Source: an uncultured Erysipelotrichaceae bacterium (lineage in GTDB: Bacteria; Bacillota_I; Bacilli_A; RF39; UBA660). From it: a stretch of DNA of 60,413 nt. The translations under genes were made by a program, and so were the position numbers. Positions 40,328 through 49,691 of the stretch are shown piece after piece. Numbering within the stretch: position 1 is the stretch's first letter; every line of letters begins with the position of its first letter. Under the pieces are notes generated by a model. It was given only the letters and a program-made list of their open reading frames with translations, was not told the DNA's origin and ran no database searches. Where the stretch lies: the NCBI GenBank assembly GCA_902767245.1, contig CACXGO010000021.1:1-60413 (forward strand), given 5' to 3'.

Positions 40328-41356
40328 CTATCTAACTAATTTCTTTCTTTTTTCTTCTTTAGCACTACCAATTATAAATTCATCAATTAATTGAATTCTA
40401 CTTAAAGGAATACGATCATTTCCTTTTTCTGTTCCGTTTGTAATAATATTTGAAAAATTCTTAAGTTGATTGAATGTAGAATCAAGTTTTACATAAGTAA
40501 CATCTACTCCACCAAGTTCCATATCTTTATTTACAACTGGATGAAAATGTAAATCAGGCTTAAATGTTTCAACCACTGTCCTTAATAATGATTCATTTAT
40601 ATTTTTGTCTGGAATAAATTCAAGTTTCCTTTCAAAATGTTTTTCTATTTTTTTAGGTTCCAAATCTACTTCCATTACTAATGTTGGTGCCTCAGTTAAT
40701 TTCTTATGTTGGTTAGTAATTATATAATAAGCTGTAATATATGTAGGAAATTCCATTCCTTTTTGATCTAACTTAAATTTTTCACCTAACTTTTGTGCTG
40801 CATTTTTTAAAGCATATATGCTATGTTTATTTCTACAATCAATTACGCACATAATTCTTGTATCTTTATAAGCGCTATTTTGTTTAAAAGCAAGTGCTGC
40901 AAATAATTCTATTTCATATATCTTATTTCCAATTCCATTTAAACCTCGAAATTTATTGGTTGGATTTGTTAAAATCCCAGTGATTGAAAAGTATTTAGAA
41001 TTCATTTCTGGAAAATATGGATCAACATGATTCTCTGTTACTTCATCATATTGCATTGTTGAAATTCCAAGTATTTCCATATTAACTTTGTCATACGCAA
41101 TTATAATTGGAAATGATTTAATATATTTCATCATTTTGTCATAATTGGGTATATGCATAAAATCTTGATTTCCTGTCCAATTTTCATTATAAAATTCAAC
41201 CAAATCATATGGGCAGAAACTTTGCTCTTCACTTTCTTTCATAAATTGGTAAACTCCAAAAGCAACATTTGGATTTACTTTTGAGTATTCCATTGTAGCT
41301 TTTTTGCATAATTGTTTAAGAACACTCATAATTCTCATAAATTTTTCATCATTCAT
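40328..41356 (-). CDS. Hypothetical protein with probable GNAT acyltransferase fold
   Basis: IIIAYD....ILGIST beta-hairpin, then SITGILT....FRGLNGIGNKI (motif A-like); strong GGAGG SD. Confidence 0.55.
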   Translation of the reverse strand: MNDEKFMRIMSVLKQLCKKATMEYSKVNPNVAFGVYQFMKESEEQSFCPYDLVEFYNENWTGNQDFMHIPNYDKMMKYIKSFPIIIAYDKVNMEILGISTMQYDEVTENHVDPYFPEMNSKYFSITGILTNPTNKFRGLNGIGNKIYEIELFAALAFKQNSAYKDTRIMCVIDCRNKHSIYALKNAAQKLGEKFKLDQKGMEFPTYITAYYIITNQHKKLTEAPTLVMEVDLEPKKIEKHFERKLEFIPDKNINESLLRTVVETFKPDLHFHPVVNKDMELGGVDVTYVKLDSTFNQLKNFSNIITNGTEKGNDRIPLSRIQLIDEFIIGSAKEEKRKKLVR

Positions 41357-41379
41357 AAAAATTCCTCCTCTTTGCTTTT

Positions 41380-41445
41380 AATATAATTGTTTTTTTTAGA
41401 TGTATAAAATATTAAATTTTTATACAAACTATAAAATTTTTAAAT
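41380..41445 (-). promoter_or_regulatory. Putative LysR-dependent promoter of the GNAT-M20 unit
   Basis: ATTTAAAAATTTTAT-AGTTTGT-ATAAAAATTTAATAT, then 23 nt to -10 TATATT. Confidence 0.6.
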
Positions 41446-41958
41446 AGTCTTTTCTTTTTTTCGGTTTATAAATATTCCTACTAACTCAACCAATAAAAGA
41501 ATTATTTCCGTAATAACAGCAAACGGTGAACAAATATGAATTCCATAAATAATAAATTCAATACTTACAATAACAGCAATATATCGATATTTTTTTACAT
41601 CTTTCTGCCATACTGAATAAGCAGATAAAAGTGACGCACTCATTGATATTAAACTATAAAAATCTTGATATGAATAAATACCAAAACCAATAATTATTGC
41701 AAATAAAATTATTAAAAATGTTAAACCATTTTCTTTTCCTTTTTTATTGTTGTAATAAAAAAATACATTTCTACCAATACTAACAAGATTCATAAAAAAT
41801 CCCGTATAAGCATTCAAAAGTAAATAATGTATTCCATAAAATGTATTATAAGCAATAAAGCATTCTAAAAGTTTTTTTCGTGATTTTGTAATGTAAGTAA
41901 CTGATATTATTACTGTTGCAATTATTACTAATAATTGTGATATAAAATATTTATCCAT
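41440..41958 (-). CDS. YgjV-family inner membrane protein
   Basis: Multi-TM; HYLLL.A.TG, N.VS..RN, WQ.....R motifs; start refined to ATG 41958. Confidence 0.75.
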   Translation of the reverse strand: MDKYFISQLLVIIATVIISVTYITKSRKKLLECFIAYNTFYGIHYLLLNAYTGFFMNLVSIGRNVFFYYNNKKGKENGLTFLIILFAIIIGFGIYSYQDFYSLISMSASLLSAYSVWQKDVKKYRYIAVIVSIEFIIYGIHICSPFAVITEIILLLVELVGIFINRKKEKTI

Positions 41959-41980
41959 AATTCTCATCCCTTTCAATTAC

Positions 41981-42046
41981 ATTGTATTAAAAGAGAACAA
42001 GATTTTCTAATACCATTTTTTTATACTTACTATTAATTTTTTTTAT
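41981..42046 (-). promoter_or_regulatory. Putative LysR-dependent promoter of the YgjV-like gene
   Basis: ATAAAAAAAATTAAT-AGTAAGT-ATAAAAAAATGGTAT, then 23 nt to -10 TACAAT. Confidence 0.6.
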
Positions 42047-42057
42047 AAAAAAAGAAA

Positions 42058-42951
42058 TCAATTTTTTGATCTCTTTGATTCAAGTAATACATAATAATCA
42101 TTGTTTTTAAAAAAATCTACAACTGCAGTAATTTTTTTATTTGATAATCTTTTTATATATGAAGCATACATTTTAGCCTTTGGAAGGCCAATATTAGTAT
42201 TAAGTTCAATAAATTCGCCACTCTGCAATTCTCTTTTTAAAATCATTTTAGGAGCAATTCCAATGTTATCCGTTTCTTCTAATTTTAGTAACATAAGTGG
42301 TGTATTTCTAAAGTGCTCATATTTAAAATCAGGATATATTTCCATAATTTTTTGGCTAAATCTATTCATAGGAACAATACCTATTGAATTCTTCTGGCAA
42401 TATTTTTCGTCAATAATTTTTTCTCCTAAATCTTTTTTGTTTGCTTTATGTGCTATAAAAATTGCTGGATCTTCAAAAGCCAAGATTGATGCCACTTCAT
42501 CATCTAGTTTTACCTCATCAATTAGAATATCTATCTCATGATTCAAAAGCATTTTTCTTAATGACTCAGATTCCCCCGTTATATAATCAATTTCCAAATT
42601 AGGATAAATTCTATTTAATTCACGCATATAAATTGGCATTGTTTCTTCAGCAAAAGCAGGTCTGAGCCCAAGAGTTACTTTACCACTTACTAAGTCAGCA
42701 TTAATATTTATTTCATCCAAGGCCTCAAAAATTGGAATCAATTTATTATATATTTCTCTTCCAGCTTCTGTTAAATATACATGATTTTTCTCTTTTTTAA
42801 AAAGTTTTATTTCCAATTGCTCTTCTAAAACTTTAATACTATAACTTAATGAAGGTTGTGAAATCATTAATTCTTCAGCAGCTTTTGTATAATTTTCATA
42901 TTTTGCTACTTGAAAAAAGTATTTATATAAATTTAAATTAATATTATTCAT
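42058..42951 (-). CDS. LysR-family transcriptional regulator
   Basis: NYTKAAEELMISQPSLSYSIKVLE...LF...LTEAG wHTH; 297 aa. Confidence 0.95.
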   Translation of the reverse strand: MNNINLNLYKYFFQVAKYENYTKAAEELMISQPSLSYSIKVLEEQLEIKLFKKEKNHVYLTEAGREIYNKLIPIFEALDEININADLVSGKVTLGLRPAFAEETMPIYMRELNRIYPNLEIDYITGESESLRKMLLNHEIDILIDEVKLDDEVASILAFEDPAIFIAHKANKKDLGEKIIDEKYCQKNSIGIVPMNRFSQKIMEIYPDFKYEHFRNTPLMLLKLEETDNIGIAPKMILKRELQSGEFIELNTNIGLPKAKMYASYIKRLSNKKITAVVDFFKNNDYYVLLESKRSKN

Positions 42952-42996
42952 ATTATCACCTACTTTAATTATACATCAAAATACTTAAATTTAATC

Positions 42997-45255
42997 TTAT
43001 TTAGTTGGATTATTATTTGGATTATTATAATCATTTTTATTAAAATCATTTATAGTCAAAAGTCTTATGGCCATATCATAAAGAATATTGTGCTTAAGAA
43101 TTTCAAAAATCTCATCGACATCTTTTGCATCTTTTACATTTTTATATGTTTTTTTAGAAACTTCGCCATTTTTATAAGCACTGAGAGCAACATATGGTAA
43201 TGTATCAATCATTTCTTTATATTCTAAAAGCAAAATTAAATTTGAAAATCCAATATGTTCAGAGGTTATAAAAATAATTTCTGGTTTTGGAGTAAAAAGA
43301 ACATTCCAATTGTCAAGATTAGTAGGTGTATAAAAATAGTTTAATATTTCATTAATTGGTAAAAATAAATCCAAACATTCATTGACTATAAAACTTCCGT
43401 TTGATAATAACAAAAAATTAGGATTATGAAACATTTTTACAATATGTTTTGAAATTTCTGCGGCTGAGGCGCATTTTGTGTGTAATCCTTCCAATTGAAC
43501 TTGCAAATATTGTTCATAACGCTGTAAATATGCCCTTTGTACTTTGCCAGATATTTTTGACGACGCAAAAACATAATCATCAATTATCACTGGTGGATTG
43601 ACTTTGAAAGCATTAATACTTTTTGAAAAAATTAAACATTTATAATATTCCTTTACAAGATTCGGAAAATTTTCAATTCTATCAACTTTGAGATAAGGCT
43701 GAATAGTATTTTCATCAACAGGTGTTATGTATATTTCAGTTTGCAATTGATTAGAAAAATACGATTCAATATAATTAGTAATATATGTTTTTCTATTTAA
43801 TTTAATTAATTCACTTTTTCGACCTAACACATATAATTGATTATCTATATATATTCCAAGATCTCCAGTATTCTTATTACGATATAAAATGTTTAAATCT
43901 TTGTCAACTACTACATCTTTTTCATATTTACTACTAACTGTTAAACATGGAGTATAGCCAAACAAATCTTTTGGCACTACAATTTCTTTTGTAACACCAT
44001 TTTCAATTTCATAAAATGTTTTTTTATCATATGTGTAATAAACCTTACCGATTTCATAGTCTCCAACATTTATATAACAAGTTTTAAGATCTTTTTCATC
44101 ACAATAACAGATAACACCATTGGCCTCCGTTGAACCATATAGATTTGTAAATACTCCCTTAGGAATAGATGGAATTTTCCTGCGCATTTTTTTAATTACT
44201 TCTTCTGAATTAATTCCACCTGCCATATATATATGGTGAATTGAGGAAAGGTCGACTCCGTTTAAATCAGCATTAGCTAAATATTTCATAATATTTCTCG
44301 GGAGCATCATTGAATCTGCTTTCATTTCAGTTCCATTAAATAATTTTAATAAAGTCAACTGATTACCACTAATCATCTGATAATCTGGGTGACATTCTTT
44401 GATAACTAATTCATTTTCATCTATATAAGTCTTATTATAAAAAATTCCATCATATTTTTTTCTTTTATAAAAAACCAAATTAATCAAAGCTGGATTAGCT
44501 GTTGATAAAAAATAGCGTTTTTCAATATATTTATTTTCAAAATTTTTTTTCAAAAACTTGTTCATATTACCAGCAAAATAAATAGATTCAAGATTAAAAT
44601 TTTGATCTAATAATATTTTATTATTATGAACTATTGGGTTCACAATGTTAGTTAATAATCCTGAAATATTTGCACATGATATATAACTATAAAAAACCCC
44701 ATCTTTTTCTCCATACTGAATAGGTAATTTAATTAGGTCTTCTTCTTTAATCAAATTAAAATGAGGTGATAGTCCTTCACTACCACTTGAACAAATAATA
44801 AGTTTAGAGCCAGGCTCATTTTCTCCATCTAATTTTTTATCATAATCTTGTATAAGATTTAGATAATTTTGGACAATTTTATCTTGCATTTCGGCACCTT
44901 TTGCTAAATCACCATATTCAATATAAGGCAACGATTCCTCCTTTAATAAATAAACATTTTTAGCATCAATTATTACAGGAATTGCACCACACTCTAATAA
45001 TGCAATAATTGTCGCAATTGAATTGATTGAATTATCTACAACAATATATTTTCTTCTTCCAGCAATTGGCTGAAGCGTATATTCTGGATCATTATATAGT
45101 TTAATATATACATCAACTAAATATAAAAGTTCTTGGTATGATTTTGCTACATAATTAATAGTAATATTACTATTTTCTCTTCCAATCATTACGATTTTAT
45201 TTTTTAATTTAGAATCTTCTGCCTTTTCTTTTAGTAATTTATAAATAATACTCAT
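42997..45255 (-). CDS. Divergent ANL-superfamily adenylate-forming enzyme, paralog 1
   Basis: CSSGSEG, NLYGSTE, TGDLG, LGRKSELIK and SGKVQR motifs. Confidence 0.75.
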   Translation of the reverse strand: MSIIYKLLKEKAEDSKLKNKIVMIGRENSNITINYVAKSYQELLYLVDVYIKLYNDPEYTLQPIAGRRKYIVVDNSINSIATIIALLECGAIPVIIDAKNVYLLKEESLPYIEYGDLAKGAEMQDKIVQNYLNLIQDYDKKLDGENEPGSKLIICSSGSEGLSPHFNLIKEEDLIKLPIQYGEKDGVFYSYISCANISGLLTNIVNPIVHNNKILLDQNFNLESIYFAGNMNKFLKKNFENKYIEKRYFLSTANPALINLVFYKRKKYDGIFYNKTYIDENELVIKECHPDYQMISGNQLTLLKLFNGTEMKADSMMLPRNIMKYLANADLNGVDLSSIHHIYMAGGINSEEVIKKMRRKIPSIPKGVFTNLYGSTEANGVICYCDEKDLKTCYINVGDYEIGKVYYTYDKKTFYEIENGVTKEIVVPKDLFGYTPCLTVSSKYEKDVVVDKDLNILYRNKNTGDLGIYIDNQLYVLGRKSELIKLNRKTYITNYIESYFSNQLQTEIYITPVDENTIQPYLKVDRIENFPNLVKEYYKCLIFSKSINAFKVNPPVIIDDYVFASSKISGKVQRAYLQRYEQYLQVQLEGLHTKCASAAEISKHIVKMFHNPNFLLLSNGSFIVNECLDLFLPINEILNYFYTPTNLDNWNVLFTPKPEIIFITSEHIGFSNLILLLEYKEMIDTLPYVALSAYKNGEVSKKTYKNVKDAKDVDEIFEILKHNILYDMAIRLLTINDFNKNDYNNPNNNPTK

Positions 45256-45273
45256 TAAAAATACCCCCTAGCA

Positions 45274-45328
45274 CATATTTTCTTGGCAAATATAATATTA
45301 CTTTAGTATAATTTTGTCAAATTAAAAG
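45274..45328 (-). promoter_or_regulatory. Duplicated 55-bp promoter/leader, copy 1
   Basis: TTGACA-N17-TATTAT-ATTTGCCAAGAAAATATG; 49/55 identical to 47661-47715. Confidence 0.8.
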
Positions 45329-45348
45329 AAACAATTTATTATTGTTTC

Positions 45349-47640
45349 TTATTCAAATAATTTATGAATTTTTTCACGTTGCTCTTTTGATAAAATTATA
45401 CGCACTGGTGGTATATCATCAAATGCATGCGGATCAGAATATCTTATATGTTTTATTAAATATTCTTTATATTTCTTTAAAAAGTTCTTAGTTAATTGAT
45501 CTAAATCATTTCTATCAATTTTATGATCAAAATAAACATCTTTATATTGAAAATTGTCAATTGTTTTAGCATTTTTATATATCATATATTTTGTAAAACA
45601 ACTATCTTTATAGTCTTCTACTAATTTTTCATCCAATTTTTCAGTAAATTCTTCATCAACAAAAAATAATATTTGTGGCTTTATATGTAAAACAATGATT
45701 CCTTTTTCATCATCAATATCAATGACATCAAACAAATAATTAATTGATTCATAATAAGGGAAAAAGAAATTATCTTTTAAAGTTATACTGAAGCATAATT
45801 CTTCATCAATTGGTGTTACTTCATAATCGCTAAAGTATTTTCTAATAAATTCTTGACCCAATCTTCTTAAATTTTCACAATAATCTCCCATAAAATTATT
45901 ATATTGTATTTCTGAATATTTTCTTAAACCAATCAATTTTGCACGCGATACTTTCCCAGATATTTTTGACATTGGAAAAACATGATCATTTAAAAGTACA
46001 GGATGATTAATATTCATATTTTGAAAAAAATCTATTATTTTTAGGGCTTTTTTATATAGTTTAAGCCCTTCTTCAAAATGATCTTTACTATAACATAAAT
46101 ATGGTTGAATTGCTTCACCATTTGGATCTTTAATACAATAAACTTTTATTCCAAGCATCCTTGATAAATGCTGTTCAATATAAATTATATTATAATCTCG
46201 ATCATATATTTTTACTAAATCACTTTTTCGACCTAAGATATATAATTGATTATCAATATAAACCCCTAAATCACTAGTAATATTATTTTTATATTTAATA
46301 TTGATGCCATCAACTATTATATCTGGAATCAATCCTTCACTAACACTTAAATATGGTGCAAATTCAAAAGCACTATATTTTTTATTAATTTCTTTAACCT
46401 TACCATTTTGTAATCTAAAAACATGTTTTTGATCATAACTATATTCAATTATTCCTTTTTTAAATTTAGAAATATTAATATAGCAAGTTTTTAATTTTTC
46501 TTCTCTACAACTACAAATAACCCCATTTGCTTCCGTTGAACCATATAAATTTGTAATTATTCCTTCAGGAATTGATGGAATAATTCTTCTAACATTATTA
46601 ATTATTTCTTGAGAATTAATACCTCCTGCTAAATAAATTCTTTTAACACATGAAAAATCCAACTTTGATGTATCAATTTTTTTCAAATATTCCAAAATAT
46701 TTCTTGGAAACATCATAATATCTGGCATAGTATCAATATTACAATATTCAAAATCATTAGCAACGCAAAATTCTCTATAACCTTTTTTCCACTCTAGTAC
46801 TCTAACTTTGTTATTCTCAATAATAATATGATCATTAATACTCCTCCTTAAAAGTAAATAATGCATAAAATCAAAATCGTGAATAGAAAATATATAATCT
46901 TTTTGTTTAAATTTTTTATATATTTCGTGCTCTATAACACTCTTTTCCTCACGATTGAAATAATATCCTTCTAGATTAAATGATTCTGATAACATAACCG
47001 TACAATCGTTAACAATAGGATTAACAATATTAGTAAGAATTCCTGAAATGTTAGCACATGATATATAACTATAAAAATGACTTTCATTTTCGCCATATTG
47101 ATTTGGAAGATTAATTAAGTCACTTTCTTTTATTAAATTTAAATGTGGTTTTAAACATTCACTACCAGATGAACAAATAATTAACTTCCCACCTTCAGAA
47201 GTTTCATAAGGTAGTTTTTCATTACTATTAAGATAATCACGAATATAATTTGAAACCTTAATAAGAAATTCGTCAAATTCATTTTCTAAATTCCTACTTG
47301 AATAAATATGTGGCAAATAATCTGTTTCTTCTATTTCAAGATTTTTATAATCAACTAAAACAGGAATGACATTAAGTTTTAAAAGTGCAATCGTAATAGC
47401 TATTGAATTGATTGAATTATCAATAATTACATATTTTCGTTTCCCAATATCATTACTAGTTACATAACCAGCTTCTTGCAATTTATTAATATATATATCA
47501 ACCATTTTTAAAAGATCCGCGTATTTTAAAGCGGCATAATCCAAAGTATTCTTACCTTGATTTACTCTACCCATTATAACGTGTTTATCATTATATTTTG
47601 GATTTTTTGCTTTGGCTTTTAAAATCTCGTAAAATGTCAT
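45349..47640 (-). CDS. Divergent ANL-superfamily adenylate-forming enzyme, paralog 2
   Basis: CSSGSEC, NLYGSTE, TSDLG, LGRKSDLVK, SGKVSR; start refined to ATG 47640 (GGTGGTGA SD). Confidence 0.75.
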   Translation of the reverse strand: MTFYEILKAKAKNPKYNDKHVIMGRVNQGKNTLDYAALKYADLLKMVDIYINKLQEAGYVTSNDIGKRKYVIIDNSINSIAITIALLKLNVIPVLVDYKNLEIEETDYLPHIYSSRNLENEFDEFLIKVSNYIRDYLNSNEKLPYETSEGGKLIICSSGSECLKPHLNLIKESDLINLPNQYGENESHFYSYISCANISGILTNIVNPIVNDCTVMLSESFNLEGYYFNREEKSVIEHEIYKKFKQKDYIFSIHDFDFMHYLLLRRSINDHIIIENNKVRVLEWKKGYREFCVANDFEYCNIDTMPDIMMFPRNILEYLKKIDTSKLDFSCVKRIYLAGGINSQEIINNVRRIIPSIPEGIITNLYGSTEANGVICSCREEKLKTCYINISKFKKGIIEYSYDQKHVFRLQNGKVKEINKKYSAFEFAPYLSVSEGLIPDIIVDGINIKYKNNITSDLGVYIDNQLYILGRKSDLVKIYDRDYNIIYIEQHLSRMLGIKVYCIKDPNGEAIQPYLCYSKDHFEEGLKLYKKALKIIDFFQNMNINHPVLLNDHVFPMSKISGKVSRAKLIGLRKYSEIQYNNFMGDYCENLRRLGQEFIRKYFSDYEVTPIDEELCFSITLKDNFFFPYYESINYLFDVIDIDDEKGIIVLHIKPQILFFVDEEFTEKLDEKLVEDYKDSCFTKYMIYKNAKTIDNFQYKDVYFDHKIDRNDLDQLTKNFLKKYKEYLIKHIRYSDPHAFDDIPPVRIILSKEQREKIHKLFE

Positions 47641-47660
47641 TTTATTCACCACCTTTAAGG

Positions 47661-47715
47661 CATATTTTCTTGGCAAATATAATATTACTTATCAATTTTT
47701 TTGTCAAATTAAAAG
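47661..47715 (-). promoter_or_regulatory. Duplicated 55-bp promoter/leader, copy 2
   Basis: Same element as 45274-45328. Confidence 0.8.
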
Positions 47716-47730
47716 CACTATAAGTGCTTT

Positions 47731-48828
47731 TTATAAATACCAAAGTTTTTGACCATTTTTTCTTACTTCTTTTATAATTCCCCCACCAAGACATTCTTCG
47801 CCTAAATAAAAAACACATGCTTGTCCCGGTGTTACCGCTTTTACACCTGCAGGATATCTAACTAAAACTTCATTATTATCTAGAAATTCTAACTCAACAT
47901 CATTGTCAGGTTGACGATATCTAAATTTAGCTGTACATTTATTTGGTCTTTCATCGCTTATCCAATTGACTTGCTCAATGATAGCTTCAGTTGTAATTAA
48001 ATAATCTTCTATGTCAGAAACATACAAAATATTTTTTTCTAAATCTTTTCCAACGGCGTAAGTTCGATCTTCATTACCTCCAAGATTTAATCCTTTTCTT
48101 TGACCAATTGTATAATACATAAGTCCAATATGCTTAGCAATTACTTCATTTGTTTTGATATCAACTATATCTCCAGGAATATTTGGTAAATAATTTTCTA
48201 AAAATTTAGTAAAATTTCTTTCTCCAATAAAACAAATCCCCGTCGAATCTTTTTTATTTGCTGTTATCAAACCATATTCTAAAGCAATTTCACGCACTTT
48301 TGGTTTTTCCAAATCTCCAATTGGAAATAAAACATTTGATAACTGTTTTTTACTAAGTTGTGATAAAAAATATGTTTGATCTTTATTACTATCAACTGCC
48401 CTTAAAAGTTTACCATCTTTAATTCTTGCATAGTGGCCAGTTGCTATATAATCTGCACCAAGCTTTTCTGCTTCTTTGACAAACATATCAAATTTTATAT
48501 ATTTATTACACATAATATCAGGATTTGGAGTACGACCATTTTTTAACTCACTCAAAAAGTATTCAAATACATAATCCCAATATTCTTTTACAAAATCTAC
48601 ACGATGTAAAGGAATTTCTAGTTTTTCACAAACCTTTAAAGCATCATTATAATCTTCTTCTTGTGGGCATATATTGTTATTTAAATTTGGATTACCTAAA
48701 TAGTCATTATTAATTGAGCTATCCCAATTACGCATAAAAAGGCCTATTACTTCATAGCCTTGTTTTTTTAATAATATGGCAGCAACGCTACTATCTACGC
48801 CACCAGACATCCCAATAACAACTTTCAT
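47731..48828 (-). CDS. mnmA: tRNA 2-thiouridylase
   Basis: [38 protein letters not shown]. Confidence 0.97.
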   Translation of the reverse strand: MKVVIGMSGGVDSSVAAILLKKQGYEVIGLFMRNWDSSINNDYLGNPNLNNNICPQEEDYNDALKVCEKLEIPLHRVDFVKEYWDYVFEYFLSELKNGRTPNPDIMCNKYIKFDMFVKEAEKLGADYIATGHYARIKDGKLLRAVDSNKDQTYFLSQLSKKQLSNVLFPIGDLEKPKVREIALEYGLITANKKDSTGICFIGERNFTKFLENYLPNIPGDIVDIKTNEVIAKHIGLMYYTIGQRKGLNLGGNEDRTYAVGKDLEKNILYVSDIEDYLITTEAIIEQVNWISDERPNKCTAKFRYRQPDNDVELEFLDNNEVLVRYPAGVKAVTPGQACVFYLGEECLGGGIIKEVRKNGQKLWYL

Positions 48829-48860
48829 ATAATTCACCCGAACAAATTATATCACAAATC

Positions 48861-49436
48861 TTATTTAAAAAACAAATTAAATAAAAATGGATTTAAATAA
48901 ACTTGATAAACAATAACAATTAATAAAATTCCAAACAAGATTCCAAAAATTTTATTGTAATCTACAAAAATATTTTTAAAATTTATTTCACGTTTTTTAA
49001 ATAAAATTTTAAAAAACATAAATGAAGAATTAAGGGCATAAATAGCAAGCAAAGCATAAATAAAAATACTCACAATTTGGCTTGGAAAAACATATAAAAA
49101 TGCTTTTAAAATTGCATCTTCTCCACCTAGTTTAACAATTGCTGAAACACTCAAACTTAAAAGAAACATTTTAATAAAATAAATAAATACTATAAAGCCT
49201 GAGCCAAACATTGAAAGACCAAAAATCCATATTAGAATAAATATAAGTAAATTTAATAAAATAATATTAATAATAGAATATTCGCTATTAATAAAATAAG
49301 CATCAATATATGTTTTTATTAGCTCTTGATCATTAACTCCTAATTTAAAATAAAAAATTGCTCCGGCAATAACAGCAATAATTGATAAAACAATAAAAAA
49401 TAATTTATAATTCTGAGGAATGCTTATTTTTTTCAT
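48861..49436 (-). CDS. spoIIM: Stage II sporulation protein M-like membrane protein
   Basis: About 5 TMs, WIFGLS..G, K.F...LS and P.Q.. patterns; size fits SpoIIM. Confidence 0.65.
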   Translation of the reverse strand: MKKISIPQNYKLFFIVLSIIAVIAGAIFYFKLGVNDQELIKTYIDAYFINSEYSIINIILLNLLIFILIWIFGLSMFGSGFIVFIYFIKMFLLSLSVSAIVKLGGEDAILKAFLYVFPSQIVSIFIYALLAIYALNSSFMFFKILFKKREINFKNIFVDYNKIFGILFGILLIVIVYQVYLNPFLFNLFFK

Positions 49437-49521
49437 AGTATCACCAATAAATTTTATTATTTAAAAACTTTTTTATTCCATTTTTTTATTATTTATATTA
49501 TAATTAATAATGAGGTGCAAT

Positions 49522-49677
49522 ATGGAAAAAGTAGAAAAGAATAAAAAAAAGAAAACAAGTTTGAAAAAAAGAATTAAAAATATAAATTGGACACGTATTC
49601 TTGCCTTAATACTAGTAATAACTATGTTAGCAAGCTTTGTTGCTGGCTTACTAGTTTATGTAAGTAGGTCAAAATAA
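49522..49677 (+). CDS. Unannotated 51-aa single-TM protein (DUF4044/Prli42-like)
   Basis: MEKVEKNKKKKTSLKKRIKNINWTRILALILVITMLASFVAGLLVYVSRSK; GAGGTG SD and TATAAT upstream. Confidence 0.7.
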   Translation: MEKVEKNKKKKTSLKKRIKNINWTRILALILVITMLASFVAGLLVYVSRSK

Positions 49678-49691
49678 AAATATAACAAAAG

